43,276 nucleotides of DNA from Bordetella parapertussis (lineage in GTDB: Bacteria; Pseudomonadota; Gammaproteobacteria; Burkholderiales; SG8-39), in NCBI GenBank assembly GCA_945885335.1, contig CAMCYY010000001.1:1-43276 (forward strand), read 5' to 3'. Numbering within the stretch: the stretch's first letter is position 1; each line of letters starts with the position of its first letter. Positions 9,131 to 18,955 of the stretch are shown here, piece after piece. The notes below the pieces were generated by a model, which worked only from the letters and a program-made list of their open reading frames with translations, did no database searches and was not told where the DNA came from. A program made the translations under genes and the position numbers.

Positions 9131-10078
9131 CTAGCGGCCCGCGCGATAGCGGAACGTGCCATAGCGCGAACGCGCGAACTGGCCGCGCAGATAGAGTGGC
9201 GCCGCCACCGCCAGTGGCGTGGGCACGACGCCAAAGGGCAGCGCCTCATCCGAGACGCTGTCCACGCGCATCGAATAGACATTGTCGCGCGACATCAGCT
9301 TGCCAGGCAGCAGTTCCATCACCCAGGCCTGCACGTAGGCGTGACCCTTCGACAAACCGAAAATCGGCCGCACATGGCCGCTGGCGCGACCGGCAAACTT
9401 CATCAGCTCGCGCAGGGTATACACCTGCGGGCCGCACAGGTCATAGGCATGACCGAAGCTCGAGCGGTCATTCAGGCTGGCCACAATGCAGCGCGCCACG
9501 TCACCGACGAACACCGGCTGGAAGCGCGACTCGGCGCAGCCCAGGAAGATCACCGGCAACAGGCGGTTCAGCGTCGCGAACAGGTTAAGGAAGCTGTCTT
9601 CCGGACCGAACACCACGGAGGGCCGGAACACCGTCACGTCGAAATCCTTCTGCTGCGCCAGCACAAGATCTTCGCCCTCGCCCTTGGAGCGCAGGTATTC
9701 GCTGGGCGCATCGGTGCGCGCCTTCAGGGCGCTCATGTGCACGATGCGGCGCACGCCAGCCTCACGGCAGGCGGCGAGCAGCTTGCGCGGCAGCTCGACA
9801 TGGGCGCGCGCGAATGCCGGGCCATAGGGATCGCCGCGTTTGCTATGCAAAACGCCAATCAGGTTGATCACGGCATCAGAACCGCGCACCAGCTGCGCCA
9901 GTTGCGCCGGGTCATGAATGTCCGCCTGCACCACGTCAACAGCGGGCAGCGTAATCAGGTGCTTTGCACGCTCGCGCCGGCGCGTCGGCACCACCACGCT
10001 GTGGCCCTGCTGCGCCAGTTGCGCAACGACATGGCGGCCGATAAATCCGCCACCGCCGAGTACCAGGTATTTGCTCAT
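9131..10078 (-). CDS. NAD(P)-binding NDUFA9-like / atypical SDR family protein
   Basis: 315 aa with an N-terminal Rossmann motif [12 protein letters not shown] and an extended-SDR layout. Confidence 0.8.
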   Translation of the reverse strand: MSKYLVLGGGGFIGRHVVAQLAQQGHSVVVPTRRRERAKHLITLPAVDVVQADIHDPAQLAQLVRGSDAVINLIGVLHSKRGDPYGPAFARAHVELPRKLLAACREAGVRRIVHMSALKARTDAPSEYLRSKGEGEDLVLAQQKDFDVTVFRPSVVFGPEDSFLNLFATLNRLLPVIFLGCAESRFQPVFVGDVARCIVASLNDRSSFGHAYDLCGPQVYTLRELMKFAGRASGHVRPIFGLSKGHAYVQAWVMELLPGKLMSRDNVYSMRVDSVSDEALPFGVVPTPLAVAAPLYLRGQFARSRYGTFRYRAGR

Positions 10079-10106
10079 TTGAACCTTCTATGACGCCGCC
10101 TGAAAT

Positions 10107-10128
10107 GTTGCGATGATTTTATCGCAAC
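10107..10128 (-). terminator. Hairpin downstream of slt
   Basis: GTTGCGAT-gatttt-ATCGCAAC, a perfect 8-bp stem 29 nt after the slt stop. The U-tract is weak. Confidence 0.3.
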
Positions 10129-10156
10129 AACCATGACAATCCCCGCATTGAATCCA

Positions 10157-12280
10157 TCAGGGCGTCGGGTCAGCCTTCGCGGCAGCCTGGCGATCCGCAT
10201 CGGGACGCGCGGCCACCATGCCCAGGCGCGCCTTGAGCGAACGCGCCTCGCCGCCCAGCACCGCGGCGTAATACACGGTATTGGCCATGACCTTTTTCAC
10301 GTAATCGCGGGTTTCGCTGAACGGGATGGATTCGGCGTAGATCGCGCCCTCGATCGGCTTGCCGCCGGCCACTTCGCGCCAGCGCCGCGCGCGGCCCGGC
10401 CCGGCGTTGTAGGCCGCCGCGGCCACCACCGGCATGCCATCCAGCTCATCAAGCACCTGGCGCAGGTAGTAGGTACCGAGCTTCGCGTTGACCTCGGGCT
10501 CATGCACCCGCGATTGCGAAAAATCCGTCATGCCCATTTTCTTCGCCACCCAGGCTGCGGTAGCCGGCATGAGCTGCATCAGGCCGGAGGCGCCCACGCC
10601 GGACTTGGCAACGGAAATGAAGCGGCTTTCCTGACGCACCAGGCCGAGCACCAGCGGCTCCTCGAGCGAACGCGCCTTGGCCGCACTGGCCAGCACGTCG
10701 CGATAAGGGGCGAGGTAGCGCACGCTGAAATCGTGCGAGGCCACGGTGCGGTCGGCCGTATTGATGGCACGGTCCCAGATTTCATTGCGGCGCGCCAGTT
10801 CGGCGGCGGCCAGCAGTGAGCGGTCGTCCATGGCACGCACGGTCCAGATCCATTCGCGCGTGGCTTCGGTGCGCATGTCGAGTCGGTACAGGGCGAGTGC
10901 GCGCTGCAGCCCCGGCTCGGCGCCCGCTGCGGCCATTTCCGCCGGCGAAGGCGCGCTGGCCGCGGGCGGCAGCGGCGGCTTGGCGCCCAGTTCCTCGGCG
11001 GCGAGCTGGCCGTAGAAATGATGTTCGCCCGCAATGCGCGCGAACAGGGCCTGTGCCGTCTGCACAACGGGCGTACCCGGCGTTCGGTAGGTTCCAGGCG
11101 CTCCGGCGATTGCGCCCTGCGCCTTGTAGGCGCGACCCAGCCAGTAAATCCAGGCCGGATCATTGCGTCCGGCCAGAGACATGCGTTCAACCGCGGTACG
11201 CACTTCGCCCCAGTTCTCCTGCCTGAGCGCAATGCGCACCCGCCAGGCCAGTTGCTCGTCGGTCAGTTGCGCATCACCACCCAGCCGGCTGACTTCGGTG
11301 TACCAGCCGGTGGCCTCGGGCATGAGTTTCCGCGCGGCATTCGTGGCAATCAGCCCCAGCACATAGGCCTGATCTTCGAGGGAGAAGCGCGTGCGTGTTT
11401 TCGTGTCCCAGTAGCTGGCGGCCAGCGTCGGATCGGTGCGCGCCAGGCGCGCCACGGCCAGCAGATAGAGTTCGCGCTGGCTGCGCTTCGCCTGGGTCAT
11501 GTCCGGTATCGGGCGCTCCAGATACTTCACCGACGCGGTCAGCGCCGCATCGAGCTGCTTCGGATCGGGTGCTTCGCCGCGCGCCAGGAAGCCCAGCGTG
11601 CGCTTCGCACCGACCAGCAGATTGGCATCAGCGAGGATGCGGAAACGCTCCCACACCTGGGCATCGGCCCACCGCCCGCTCTGGAGCAAGGCCTGCGCAA
11701 TGGGCATGCAGGCCTCGGGCAGGTCACGTGGCAATTGCCACAGGGGTTTCAGCTCGATCAGCGACGACTCGTCCTTGGTCTGATAGCGCGCAATGAGTCC
11801 GTAGCAGGTGACCTCAGGATCGTCGCCGACCAGCAGCGGCGCATGCGCCTGGAACAGCGCCCACTCGCTCCGCCTTCCCAGCGATTTCAGCCAGTCCCGG
11901 CGCAACTGCTCGGCCAGCAGGGAGCCGGCATTGCGCTCGAGATAGGTGAGGATTTCGTCGGAACGGCGCTCATCCAGCTTGAGGCGCAACTGCCAGTAGC
12001 CGACATAAGGCTCAAGTACATGCCCACCGGTGGACATTGCGGCGCGGCTGAGCTTGGCAGCATCGCCAGCTCGGAAGGCATCGCGCGCCGTCAGCAATGC
12101 AAGATCGGCTCCGGTCGGCCGAGACTCTGATTTGGTTGCTGCGGGCCTGGACACCGCGGCCTTGGTCGCCGGCCCGGCCAAAACGAGCGGCGGCATCGCG
12201 AAGAAGGCCCCCGTCAGCAGTGACGCGGTTAGCGATGATATAGTGAGGCGAGTCTTCATATACTGCTTGAAGAATAGCAC
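10157..12280 (-). CDS. slt: Soluble lytic murein transglycosylase
   Basis: 707 aa with a GTG start behind AAGAGG and a signal peptide. The C-terminal lysozyme-like domain carries VRQESRF (catalytic Glu), GLMQLMP and AAYNAGPG. Confidence 0.88.
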   Translation of the reverse strand: MLFFKQYMKTRLTISSLTASLLTGAFFAMPPLVLAGPATKAAVSRPAATKSESRPTGADLALLTARDAFRAGDAAKLSRAAMSTGGHVLEPYVGYWQLRLKLDERRSDEILTYLERNAGSLLAEQLRRDWLKSLGRRSEWALFQAHAPLLVGDDPEVTCYGLIARYQTKDESSLIELKPLWQLPRDLPEACMPIAQALLQSGRWADAQVWERFRILADANLLVGAKRTLGFLARGEAPDPKQLDAALTASVKYLERPIPDMTQAKRSQRELYLLAVARLARTDPTLAASYWDTKTRTRFSLEDQAYVLGLIATNAARKLMPEATGWYTEVSRLGGDAQLTDEQLAWRVRIALRQENWGEVRTAVERMSLAGRNDPAWIYWLGRAYKAQGAIAGAPGTYRTPGTPVVQTAQALFARIAGEHHFYGQLAAEELGAKPPLPPAASAPSPAEMAAAGAEPGLQRALALYRLDMRTEATREWIWTVRAMDDRSLLAAAELARRNEIWDRAINTADRTVASHDFSVRYLAPYRDVLASAAKARSLEEPLVLGLVRQESRFISVAKSGVGASGLMQLMPATAAWVAKKMGMTDFSQSRVHEPEVNAKLGTYYLRQVLDELDGMPVVAAAAYNAGPGRARRWREVAGGKPIEGAIYAESIPFSETRDYVKKVMANTVYYAAVLGGEARSLKARLGMVAARPDADRQAAAKADPTP

Positions 12281-12315
12281 ATCAACCTCTTAATTTCTTT
12301 CCATATTCAGCCAAA

Positions 12316-12945
12316 ATGCCGCCCGAATTTCCATCTCAGCCACCCGATCCGGCATCGTGGCGCAAGGCGCAACGCCGGATCCTGATTGATCAACGCGCGG
12401 CAGTCGCCAGGGAAACACTGGGTGGCTGGCGTCAAAGGATGGACAGCCACATTGAACGGGCGTTCCCCCTACTTTTTGACCAAGGCGCCGGACAGACCAT
12501 CGCCATCTGCTGGCCCCATCGCAATGAATACGATGCGCGGCCACTGGCCGCGCGCTGGCGCACAGCGGGCGCCACGATTGCACTGCCGGTGGTGGTGGCC
12601 CAGCATGCGCCGCTGATTTTCCGGGCCTGGACCGAAGACACGGAAATGGCACAGGACAAACAGGGCATCTCCTACCCTGCAGCGGGAGCATCGATCAGTC
12701 CCGATGTCATCCTGTTGCCCGTGGTCGGATTCGACGCGCAAGGCTACCGGCTGGGTTATGGCGGCGGCTACTTCGACCGCACACTCGTTCAACTGAATCC
12801 CCGCCCGCTGGTGATTGGCACCGCCTATGAAATTTCGCGCCTCGCCAGCGTGCAACCGCAGGTGCACGACATCCCGATGGACTGGGTCGTCACCGAGGCC
12901 GGCGCGTACCGGCGCGAGGGCGGCATCCTGAGCGCCGTGGGCTGA
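12316..12945 (+). CDS. 5-formyltetrahydrofolate cyclo-ligase
   Basis: 209 aa with LPVVGFD..G.RLGYGGGYFDRTL, the family signature. Confidence 0.82.
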   Translation: MPPEFPSQPPDPASWRKAQRRILIDQRAAVARETLGGWRQRMDSHIERAFPLLFDQGAGQTIAICWPHRNEYDARPLAARWRTAGATIALPVVVAQHAPLIFRAWTEDTEMAQDKQGISYPAAGASISPDVILLPVVGFDAQGYRLGYGGGYFDRTLVQLNPRPLVIGTAYEISRLASVQPQVHDIPMDWVVTEAGAYRREGGILSAVG

Positions 12946-13033
12946 TGCCGGCGACGAGGAAATTAATTATTATCAAAAATAAAAAAAGCCGCCAATTAAA
13001 GAGTCTTAACGGCTTGATTGATATCAGCGAATA

Positions 13034-13132
13034 CTAGGGATTAACTGAACAAGGGGGCATGCCCCCCTTGTATATCCCTCACTTCAGAGGAAAACGCAGC
13101 GCAGGTTTCCGCAATTCCGGACTTGATCAGCG
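13034..13132 (-). repeat. Family B 3'-flank element, copy B1
   Basis: About 99 bp, matching 32282-32378 in inverted orientation (about 88% by eye). It contains the palindrome CAAGGGGGCATGCCCCCCTTG and ends 6 nt from the stop of the 13138-14274 gene. Confidence 0.85.
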
Positions 13133-13137
13133 TCTCC

Positions 13138-14274
13138 CTAGGCGTTCGGCGCCGCCTGAACCCCGCCGCGATGCAAGCCATCGAAGTGATGCAACTGCGT
13201 GAGCGGACGCCCGGTCAGCATTTCCTGATGAATGCACTTGGACACCGGCGCCACCTTCGCAATCATCGTCCAGCGCTCGCCGTCCTCATCGCCATGCCAG
13301 ATCTCGCCGTCGGTGGTGCCGAAGAAATACTCGGCGCCGCCGGGAATCTCCACCTGACACAGGGCTTCGATGCTGGCATCAATGCGCTCGGGCAGGCCGC
13401 CGCGCAATTGGCGCCAGGTCTCACCGCCGTCAATGCTCTTTGCCACTGCTGCACCGGCATACTTGCGGTCGGGCCAGGTGCGCGGACTGAAGCGCGTTGC
13501 GGCCAGCACCATGTTATCGGGACTGGCCTGGCGGCAGACCAGTTGATCCGCATATTCGCCCACCGGATTTGTCATGCGCGCCAGCAACTCGCGCCAGGTC
13601 TTGCCATCGTCGCGGGTCTGCAACAGCCCCGCACCGCCGGTGGTAAACACCTTCGTCGAGTCGCGCGGATCGATCACGGTGCGATGCATGTCGGGGTTGG
13701 ACACCGGGATCGACTTCCAGGTCTCGCCACCGTCCGTGCTTTTCAGCAGCGCGCCGACTTCCACGCACACGTAGAGGGTGCGCGGATCGTTGGGATCGAC
13801 GCCGATGTGCTTGGCATGGCCGACGAAGGGCTCGGCCACGAACTTCCATTCGCCCACATCGGGCACATCGCGAAAGCCGGGCAGCTCGCGCCAGTGGTGG
13901 CCCATGTCGTCACTGACGAACAGGTGCGCCGGCTCGGTGCCGGCATACAGTTTCACCTTGCCCTCGACGGTGACAGACGCCAGGCTGTAGACGTTGCGGA
14001 TGCTGATACCGTTGTCGCGCGGCGTCCATGTCGCGCCGCCGTCCTCGCTGGCATAGATGCCGTCGCGATAGGCGCAGGCGAGCAGCGTTCCGCCGGGCGC
14101 CTCGATGATGGCCTGGATGTGCAGGCCGGCCAGTTTCGTCGCCGCCACTTCCCAGCGATCCTGTGCCGTCTTGTTGAGGACCTGCACCCCGTCCATGGTC
14201 CCGAGCAGGATCTGCTGCGTGGCGGCCGGGGCCGCAAACATGGTCGTGCCGCCGTGCGAGAGCGCAATCGTCAT
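13138..14274 (-). CDS. BNR/Asp-box repeat beta-propeller protein (sialidase/Ycf48-like fold)
   Basis: 378 aa with four Asp-boxes: SEDGGATW, STDGGETW, TRDDGKTW and SIDGGETW. No obvious signal peptide. Confidence 0.8.
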   Translation of the reverse strand: MTIALSHGGTTMFAAPAATQQILLGTMDGVQVLNKTAQDRWEVAATKLAGLHIQAIIEAPGGTLLACAYRDGIYASEDGGATWTPRDNGISIRNVYSLASVTVEGKVKLYAGTEPAHLFVSDDMGHHWRELPGFRDVPDVGEWKFVAEPFVGHAKHIGVDPNDPRTLYVCVEVGALLKSTDGGETWKSIPVSNPDMHRTVIDPRDSTKVFTTGGAGLLQTRDDGKTWRELLARMTNPVGEYADQLVCRQASPDNMVLAATRFSPRTWPDRKYAGAAVAKSIDGGETWRQLRGGLPERIDASIEALCQVEIPGGAEYFFGTTDGEIWHGDEDGERWTMIAKVAPVSKCIHQEMLTGRPLTQLHHFDGLHRGGVQAAPNA

Positions 14275-14317
14275 GATGTTCTCCTCTGGAGTATTCAGTG
14301 CCGCCGTTGGATACCGA

Positions 14318-15292
14318 CTACAGTTTTGGAATCTTCGCGTCGTTCACCACCTGCGTCCAGCGCTGCAGTTCGCTCGCGATCAGCGCGGACATTTCCGCCG
14401 GCGTGCTGCCGCGCGGGTCGCCGCCCAGTTCCTCGAACGTCGTCTTGATGGCGGCAATCTGCAGCACCTTCTGCGTGTCGGCATTCAACCGCTCGACAAT
14501 GGCGCGCGGCAGATCGGCCGGCGCCATCAGCCCCGCCCACGAGCTCATGTCGTAGCCATTGAGCCCCTGCTCGAACGAAGTCTGCACATCGGGCATGCCG
14601 CTCCAGCGCCGCGGCGCCGCCATGGCCAGCACGCGCATCTTGCCCGCCTTGACGTTGCCCAGCACCGAACTGGCCGAGCCGACCACGAAATCGATTTCGC
14701 CCCCGAGCAGCGCAGTGAGTGCCGGGGCAAAACCCTTGTAGGGCACATGCACCATCTGCGTGTTCGTCATCTTCGCCAGCACCTCGCCTGCCAGATGATT
14801 CGTCGAACCGCTGCCCGAAGAACCGTAGTTCACGCGCCCCGGATTGGCACGCGCATAGGCGACAAGGTCGTTGAGGTTGTGGTAGCGGCCCGCTGCACTG
14901 GCGGTTACCGCGAAAGCAAAGAAGGTCACGGTGGAAATGCTGCTGAAGCTCTTCTCCGTGTCATAGGGCAACTTCTCATACATCGCACCCGCCACGCTGT
15001 GCGAGCCCGTGCCCATCAGCAGCGTGTAGCCGTCGGGTTTGGCGCGCGCGACGCTGGCTGCGGCAATCGTGCCACCGGCCCCGGCCTGCGGCTCGACGAT
15101 CACGGTCTGGCCGAGCAGCCGGCCCAGTTCCGGGGACATGACGCGGGCGATGGTGTCGACATTGGCCCCCGCTGCAAAGCCGTGCAGCATGCGCACCGGC
15201 CGGTTGGGATAGGACTGCGCAAAGCCGTCATGCACCGCGCCACACAACGCGATGCCGACGGCCATGCCATAAACCTGCTTCGTGATTGACAT
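14318..15292 (-). CDS. Bug/TctC family substrate-binding protein
   Basis: 324 aa with GGAGG upstream, a signal peptide ending FAQ, SYPNRPVRML, and YGSSGSGSTNHL. Confidence 0.9.
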   Translation of the reverse strand: MSITKQVYGMAVGIALCGAVHDGFAQSYPNRPVRMLHGFAAGANVDTIARVMSPELGRLLGQTVIVEPQAGAGGTIAAASVARAKPDGYTLLMGTGSHSVAGAMYEKLPYDTEKSFSSISTVTFFAFAVTASAAGRYHNLNDLVAYARANPGRVNYGSSGSGSTNHLAGEVLAKMTNTQMVHVPYKGFAPALTALLGGEIDFVVGSASSVLGNVKAGKMRVLAMAAPRRWSGMPDVQTSFEQGLNGYDMSSWAGLMAPADLPRAIVERLNADTQKVLQIAAIKTTFEELGGDPRGSTPAEMSALIASELQRWTQVVNDAKIPKL

Positions 15293-15450
15293 CGAAACGC
15301 CTCCGTTTCATCCGCGAAAGCAGTCTGACGCCGCTTTTTCGATTTCGCCGCAGGACTCCGGATCAATGGATCTGGCGCGGGCGGGATGTGAAATTCACTT
15401 TATCACGGAAGCCCGGCGGAGAACGACCGGCGAAGCGCAGCCCAGCACCC

Positions 15451-16989
15451 CTAGCCGAGGAACAGCCGATACGCCGGATTGGCGCTCTCGTCCACGCAGG
15501 GGTAGCCAAGCGCGGTGAGGAATTTGCGGAACTTCGCCATGTCCTTTTTCGGCACCTGGATGCCCACCAGCACGCGGCCGTTGTCGCCGCCCTGGTTGCG
15601 GTAATGGAACAGGCTGATGTTCCAGTCCGAACCCATGGCATCGAGGAATTTCATCAGGGCACCCGGGCGCTCCGGGAACTCGAACCGATACACCAGCTCG
15701 CCTTTCGCCAGCGGCGCGTGCCCGCCCACCAGATGGCGCAGATGCAGCTTGGCCATTTCGCTGTCGGAGAGATCAAGCGCGGCGAAACCATGGCGCTTCA
15801 GGTTCGCAACAATCTTTATCGTCTCACCCTGGTCCTTCACCCCCACGCCGACGAACACATGCGCCGCGGCAGTATCGGCCATGCGGTAATTGAACTCGGT
15901 GATGTTGCGCGCACCTAGTGTGGCGCAGAATTTCTTGAAGCTGCCCGGCTTCTCCGGAATCGTCACCGCGAGGATGGCCTCGCGATGTTCGCCCACCTCG
16001 GCGCGCTCGGCAACAAAGCGCAACCGGTCGAAATTCGTGTTCGCGCCGCAGGCAATGGCCACCAGCTTCTTGTTGCGAATGCCTTCACGTGCGATGTAGG
16101 CCTTGGCCCCGGCAATGGCCAGCGCGCCGGCCGGCTCAAGGATGGAGCGCGTGTCCTCGAACACGTCCTTGATCGCCGCGCAGGTGGCATCGGTATCGAC
16201 CAGGATAATTTCATCCACCAGTTCGCGGCAGATGCGAAAGGTCTCCTCGCCCACCTGCTTAACCGCAACGCCATCGGCAAACAGGCCCACATGATCCAGC
16301 GTGATGCGGCGGCCGGCCTTGATCGAGCGGTCCATGGCATCGGAGTCCACCGGCTGCACGCCGATGATCTTCACCTCCGGCTGCAGGCGCTTGACATAGG
16401 AAGCAACGCCCGAGATCAGGCCGCCGCCGCCGATTGCAACAAAAATCGCGTGGATGGGCTTCGTGGTCTGGCGCAGAATTTCCATGGCGATCGTGCCCTG
16501 CCCCGCGATGACATCCGGGTCGTCGTAGGGATGCACGAAGGTCAGTCCGCGGCGCTTTTCGATCTTGCGTGCCTCGACATAGGCATCGGAATAGGAATCG
16601 CCTGCCAGCACGACTTCAGCGCCGCGTGCACGCACCGCATCGACCTTGATCGCCGGCGTCGTGGTCGGCATGACGATAACCGCCTTGCAACCGAGCTTCT
16701 GCGCGGACAGCGCAACGCCCTGCGCGTGGTTGCCGGCCGAGGCCGCAATCACGCCGCGCTTCAATGCCGTCGGGGAGAGTTGCGACATCTTGTTGTAGGC
16801 GCCGCGCAGCTTGAAGGAGAACACCGGCTGCATGTCCTCGCGCTTCAACAGAATGCGGTTCCCTGTGCGCGCCGACAGGTTCGGGGCGAGTTCCAGCGGC
16901 GTCTCGATGGCGACGTCGTACACCCGTGCCTTCAGGATGCGTTCGAGATAGTCGTTCTTTACGGGCTTGGCCGGCTTGGCGTTTTTCAT
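15451..16989 (-). CDS. ilvA: Biosynthetic threonine ammonia-lyase (threonine dehydratase)
   Basis: 512 aa with the PLP-lysine motif FSFKLRGAYN, GNHAQG, and two C-terminal regulatory repeats. Confidence 0.93.
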   Translation of the reverse strand: MKNAKPAKPVKNDYLERILKARVYDVAIETPLELAPNLSARTGNRILLKREDMQPVFSFKLRGAYNKMSQLSPTALKRGVIAASAGNHAQGVALSAQKLGCKAVIVMPTTTPAIKVDAVRARGAEVVLAGDSYSDAYVEARKIEKRRGLTFVHPYDDPDVIAGQGTIAMEILRQTTKPIHAIFVAIGGGGLISGVASYVKRLQPEVKIIGVQPVDSDAMDRSIKAGRRITLDHVGLFADGVAVKQVGEETFRICRELVDEIILVDTDATCAAIKDVFEDTRSILEPAGALAIAGAKAYIAREGIRNKKLVAIACGANTNFDRLRFVAERAEVGEHREAILAVTIPEKPGSFKKFCATLGARNITEFNYRMADTAAAHVFVGVGVKDQGETIKIVANLKRHGFAALDLSDSEMAKLHLRHLVGGHAPLAKGELVYRFEFPERPGALMKFLDAMGSDWNISLFHYRNQGGDNGRVLVGIQVPKKDMAKFRKFLTALGYPCVDESANPAYRLFLG

Positions 16990-17115
16990 TGCGATTCTTT
17001 GCTAATCAGGTACTTCCAGGAGCGCGCTACTGTACACGAACTTCCCCTGCGGCCGCCTCAGCACCCCGGGAAGCCCCTCCCCGAACAGCCCGCTTCAATC
17101 GGCTATGCTGCGCGC

Positions 17116-17538
17116 GTGGAAACGCTCCTTTCAACCGATGGCAGTCTTGTTTCGCTGTTCATCGCATCCTTCCTTGCCGCGACCGTCGTGCCCTTCTCCT
17201 CGGAGGCGGCGCTGTTCGCGGTGCTGAAACTGCATCCGGATGTTTTCACTGCGGCCATCCTCATCGCCACTCTAGGCAACACCGCCGGCGGCATGCTCAC
17301 CTATTGGATGGGACGGGGCATCGGCCGCTGGCTGGCGAACAAGAAGCCGCTGCAGCACCTGCACCATGTCGAACGCTGGGGCGCGCCGATCACGGCGCTG
17401 GGGTGGCTGCCCTTTGCCGGCGAAGCCCTGTGCCTCGCCGCAGGCTGGTTGAAGCTGCACTGGCCGGCGGTGCTGCTGTGGCAGGCCGCGGGACGCGGGG
17501 CGCGCTACTGGGTGGTGGCGCAGGGGAGCCTGCTGTAG
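17116..17538 (+). CDS. yqaA: YqaA-family (DedA-related) small membrane protein
   Basis: The only coding-looking part of the long 15985-17538 frame. From GTG 17116 it reads VETLLSTDGSLVSLFIASFLAATVVPFSSEAAL...ATLGNTAGGMLTYWMGR...GEALCLAAGWLKLHW, collinear with E. coli YqaA as I recall it. Confidence 0.75.
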   Translation: METLLSTDGSLVSLFIASFLAATVVPFSSEAALFAVLKLHPDVFTAAILIATLGNTAGGMLTYWMGRGIGRWLANKKPLQHLHHVERWGAPITALGWLPFAGEALCLAAGWLKLHWPAVLLWQAAGRGARYWVVAQGSLL

Positions 17539-17584
17539 GAAAATTGCACACCTTTTACCCACCGCCAACATTTCTGGAGCTTCA

Positions 17585-18790
17585 ATGTCGCTGCCGCTCG
17601 AAGACGTCAAGGTTCTGGACCTGAGCCACGCGCTCGCAGGTCCCTTCTGTTCAACCATGCTGGCCGACTTCGGCGCGCAGATCATCAAGATCGAGCCGCC
17701 AGGCGCGGGCGACATTGCGCGCAGCTGGGGCTCACCGTTGCCGGGCGGGCAGACCGATTACTTTGCCGGCCTGCATCGCAACAAGCGCAGCGTGGCGCTC
17801 GACCTGAAGGCCCCTGCGGGCAAGCAGCTCTTTCTCGACATGCTGGTCAAGGCCGACGTGGTGCTGGAGAACTTCCGTGTCGGCGCGCTGGAGCGCCTCG
17901 GCCTCGGTTATGAAGTAGGCAAGAAGCTCAATCCGAAAATCATCTACTGCTCGGTGTCCGGCTTCGGCCAGGATGGCCCGTACCGCGACCGCCCGGCCAT
18001 GGACCTCATCGTGCAGGCCGAGAGCGGCATGATCAGCGTCACCGGCGAAGAAGGTAGCAGCGGCGTGCGCGCCGGCGTGTCGATTGCCGACCTCACCGCG
18101 GGCATGAACGCCGCCTACGGCATCCTGCTGGCCCTCCGCTCGCGCGACAAGACCGGCGAAGGTCAGCATGTGGACGTGTCGATGCTCGAAGGCCAGATCG
18201 GGCTGCTCGGCAACATGATCAGCAGCTACTGCGCCAGCGGCAATGTGCCTAAGCCCATGGGCACGGCCTACAAGGCGTTGTTGCCCTACCAGACCTTTCG
18301 CACCAAGTCGGGCGACCTGGCGATTGCCGTGGGCAGCGACAAACTGTGGAAGGGTTTCTGCCCGGCCATCGGCCATGCAGAACTCACCGACGACGAGCGC
18401 TATTCGACAAACGCCAAGCGCGGTGCAAACCGTCCGACGCTGATCGCAAAGCTGCAGGAAGTGTTTCTCACGCGCACCTACGAGGAATGGGAAACAATTC
18501 TGGTGAAGGCCGGTATCCCGGTGGGTACGGTGAATACGCTGGCCGGTCTGCCCGGTCATCCGCAGGTCAAGGCGCGCGGCTCGCTGGTCACCATGGATCA
18601 TCCGTACGCCGGCAAGGTGACCATGGCCGGCCCATCGGTGCGCCTGTCGAAAACGCCGGGTACGGTGCGCACGCCCTCGCCGAACCTCGGTGAGCACACC
18701 GAAGAAGTGCTGCGTGAAATCCTCGGGCTGGATGCAGCAAAGCTCACCGAGTTGCGCGCAGCGGGTGCTTTCGGCAAAGCCAAGAGCTAG
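17585..18790 (+). CDS. Family III (CaiB/BaiF) CoA-transferase
   Basis: 401 aa with GGAG upstream and LSHALAGPFCSTMLADFGAQIIKIEPPG, SVSGFGQDGPY and SIADLTAG motifs. Confidence 0.88.
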   Translation: MSLPLEDVKVLDLSHALAGPFCSTMLADFGAQIIKIEPPGAGDIARSWGSPLPGGQTDYFAGLHRNKRSVALDLKAPAGKQLFLDMLVKADVVLENFRVGALERLGLGYEVGKKLNPKIIYCSVSGFGQDGPYRDRPAMDLIVQAESGMISVTGEEGSSGVRAGVSIADLTAGMNAAYGILLALRSRDKTGEGQHVDVSMLEGQIGLLGNMISSYCASGNVPKPMGTAYKALLPYQTFRTKSGDLAIAVGSDKLWKGFCPAIGHAELTDDERYSTNAKRGANRPTLIAKLQEVFLTRTYEEWETILVKAGIPVGTVNTLAGLPGHPQVKARGSLVTMDHPYAGKVTMAGPSVRLSKTPGTVRTPSPNLGEHTEEVLREILGLDAAKLTELRAAGAFGKAKS

Positions 18791-18914
18791 CGCCAGCGCA
18801 CAAAGAAAAGCGCTAGCGCTAGCGCTGGCGCCGGCTCGCTGCCTGCGCTGACGTCCGGAATGACGTCAGCAAGAAGGCCTTCGTTCCCGCCGCATGCGGT
18901 AACCGCGCGGGAAT
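18791..18914. terminator. Convergent-gene spacer with three strong hairpins
   Basis: Hairpin 1: CGCCAGCGC (18791-18799) pairs with GCGCTGGCG (18822-18830) and encloses (AGCGCT)x3. Hairpin 2: GCTGACGTC-cggaat-GACGTCAGC (18847-18870), a perfect 9-bp stem. Hairpin 3: TTCCCGC...GCGGGAA (18884-18914). Confidence 0.4.
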
Positions 18915-18955
18915 TCAGTGTCGTTCTCCGCCACTGCGCACTTGCCAACGGCGCG

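Noticed and set aside
12946-13033. A possible small gene or att site in the AT-rich spacer after the 5-FCL gene.
   Set aside because: No ORF with an SD is present. The stretch looks like an A-rich terminator region (AAAAAAAGCCG...CGGCTT weak stem) plus one copy of the AT-rich decamer, which is reported separately.
15985-17115. The 5' two-thirds of the 517-aa ORF 15985-17538.
   Set aside because: This part is antisense to ilvA. Only the last 140 codons (from GTG 17116) look like a real protein (YqaA family).
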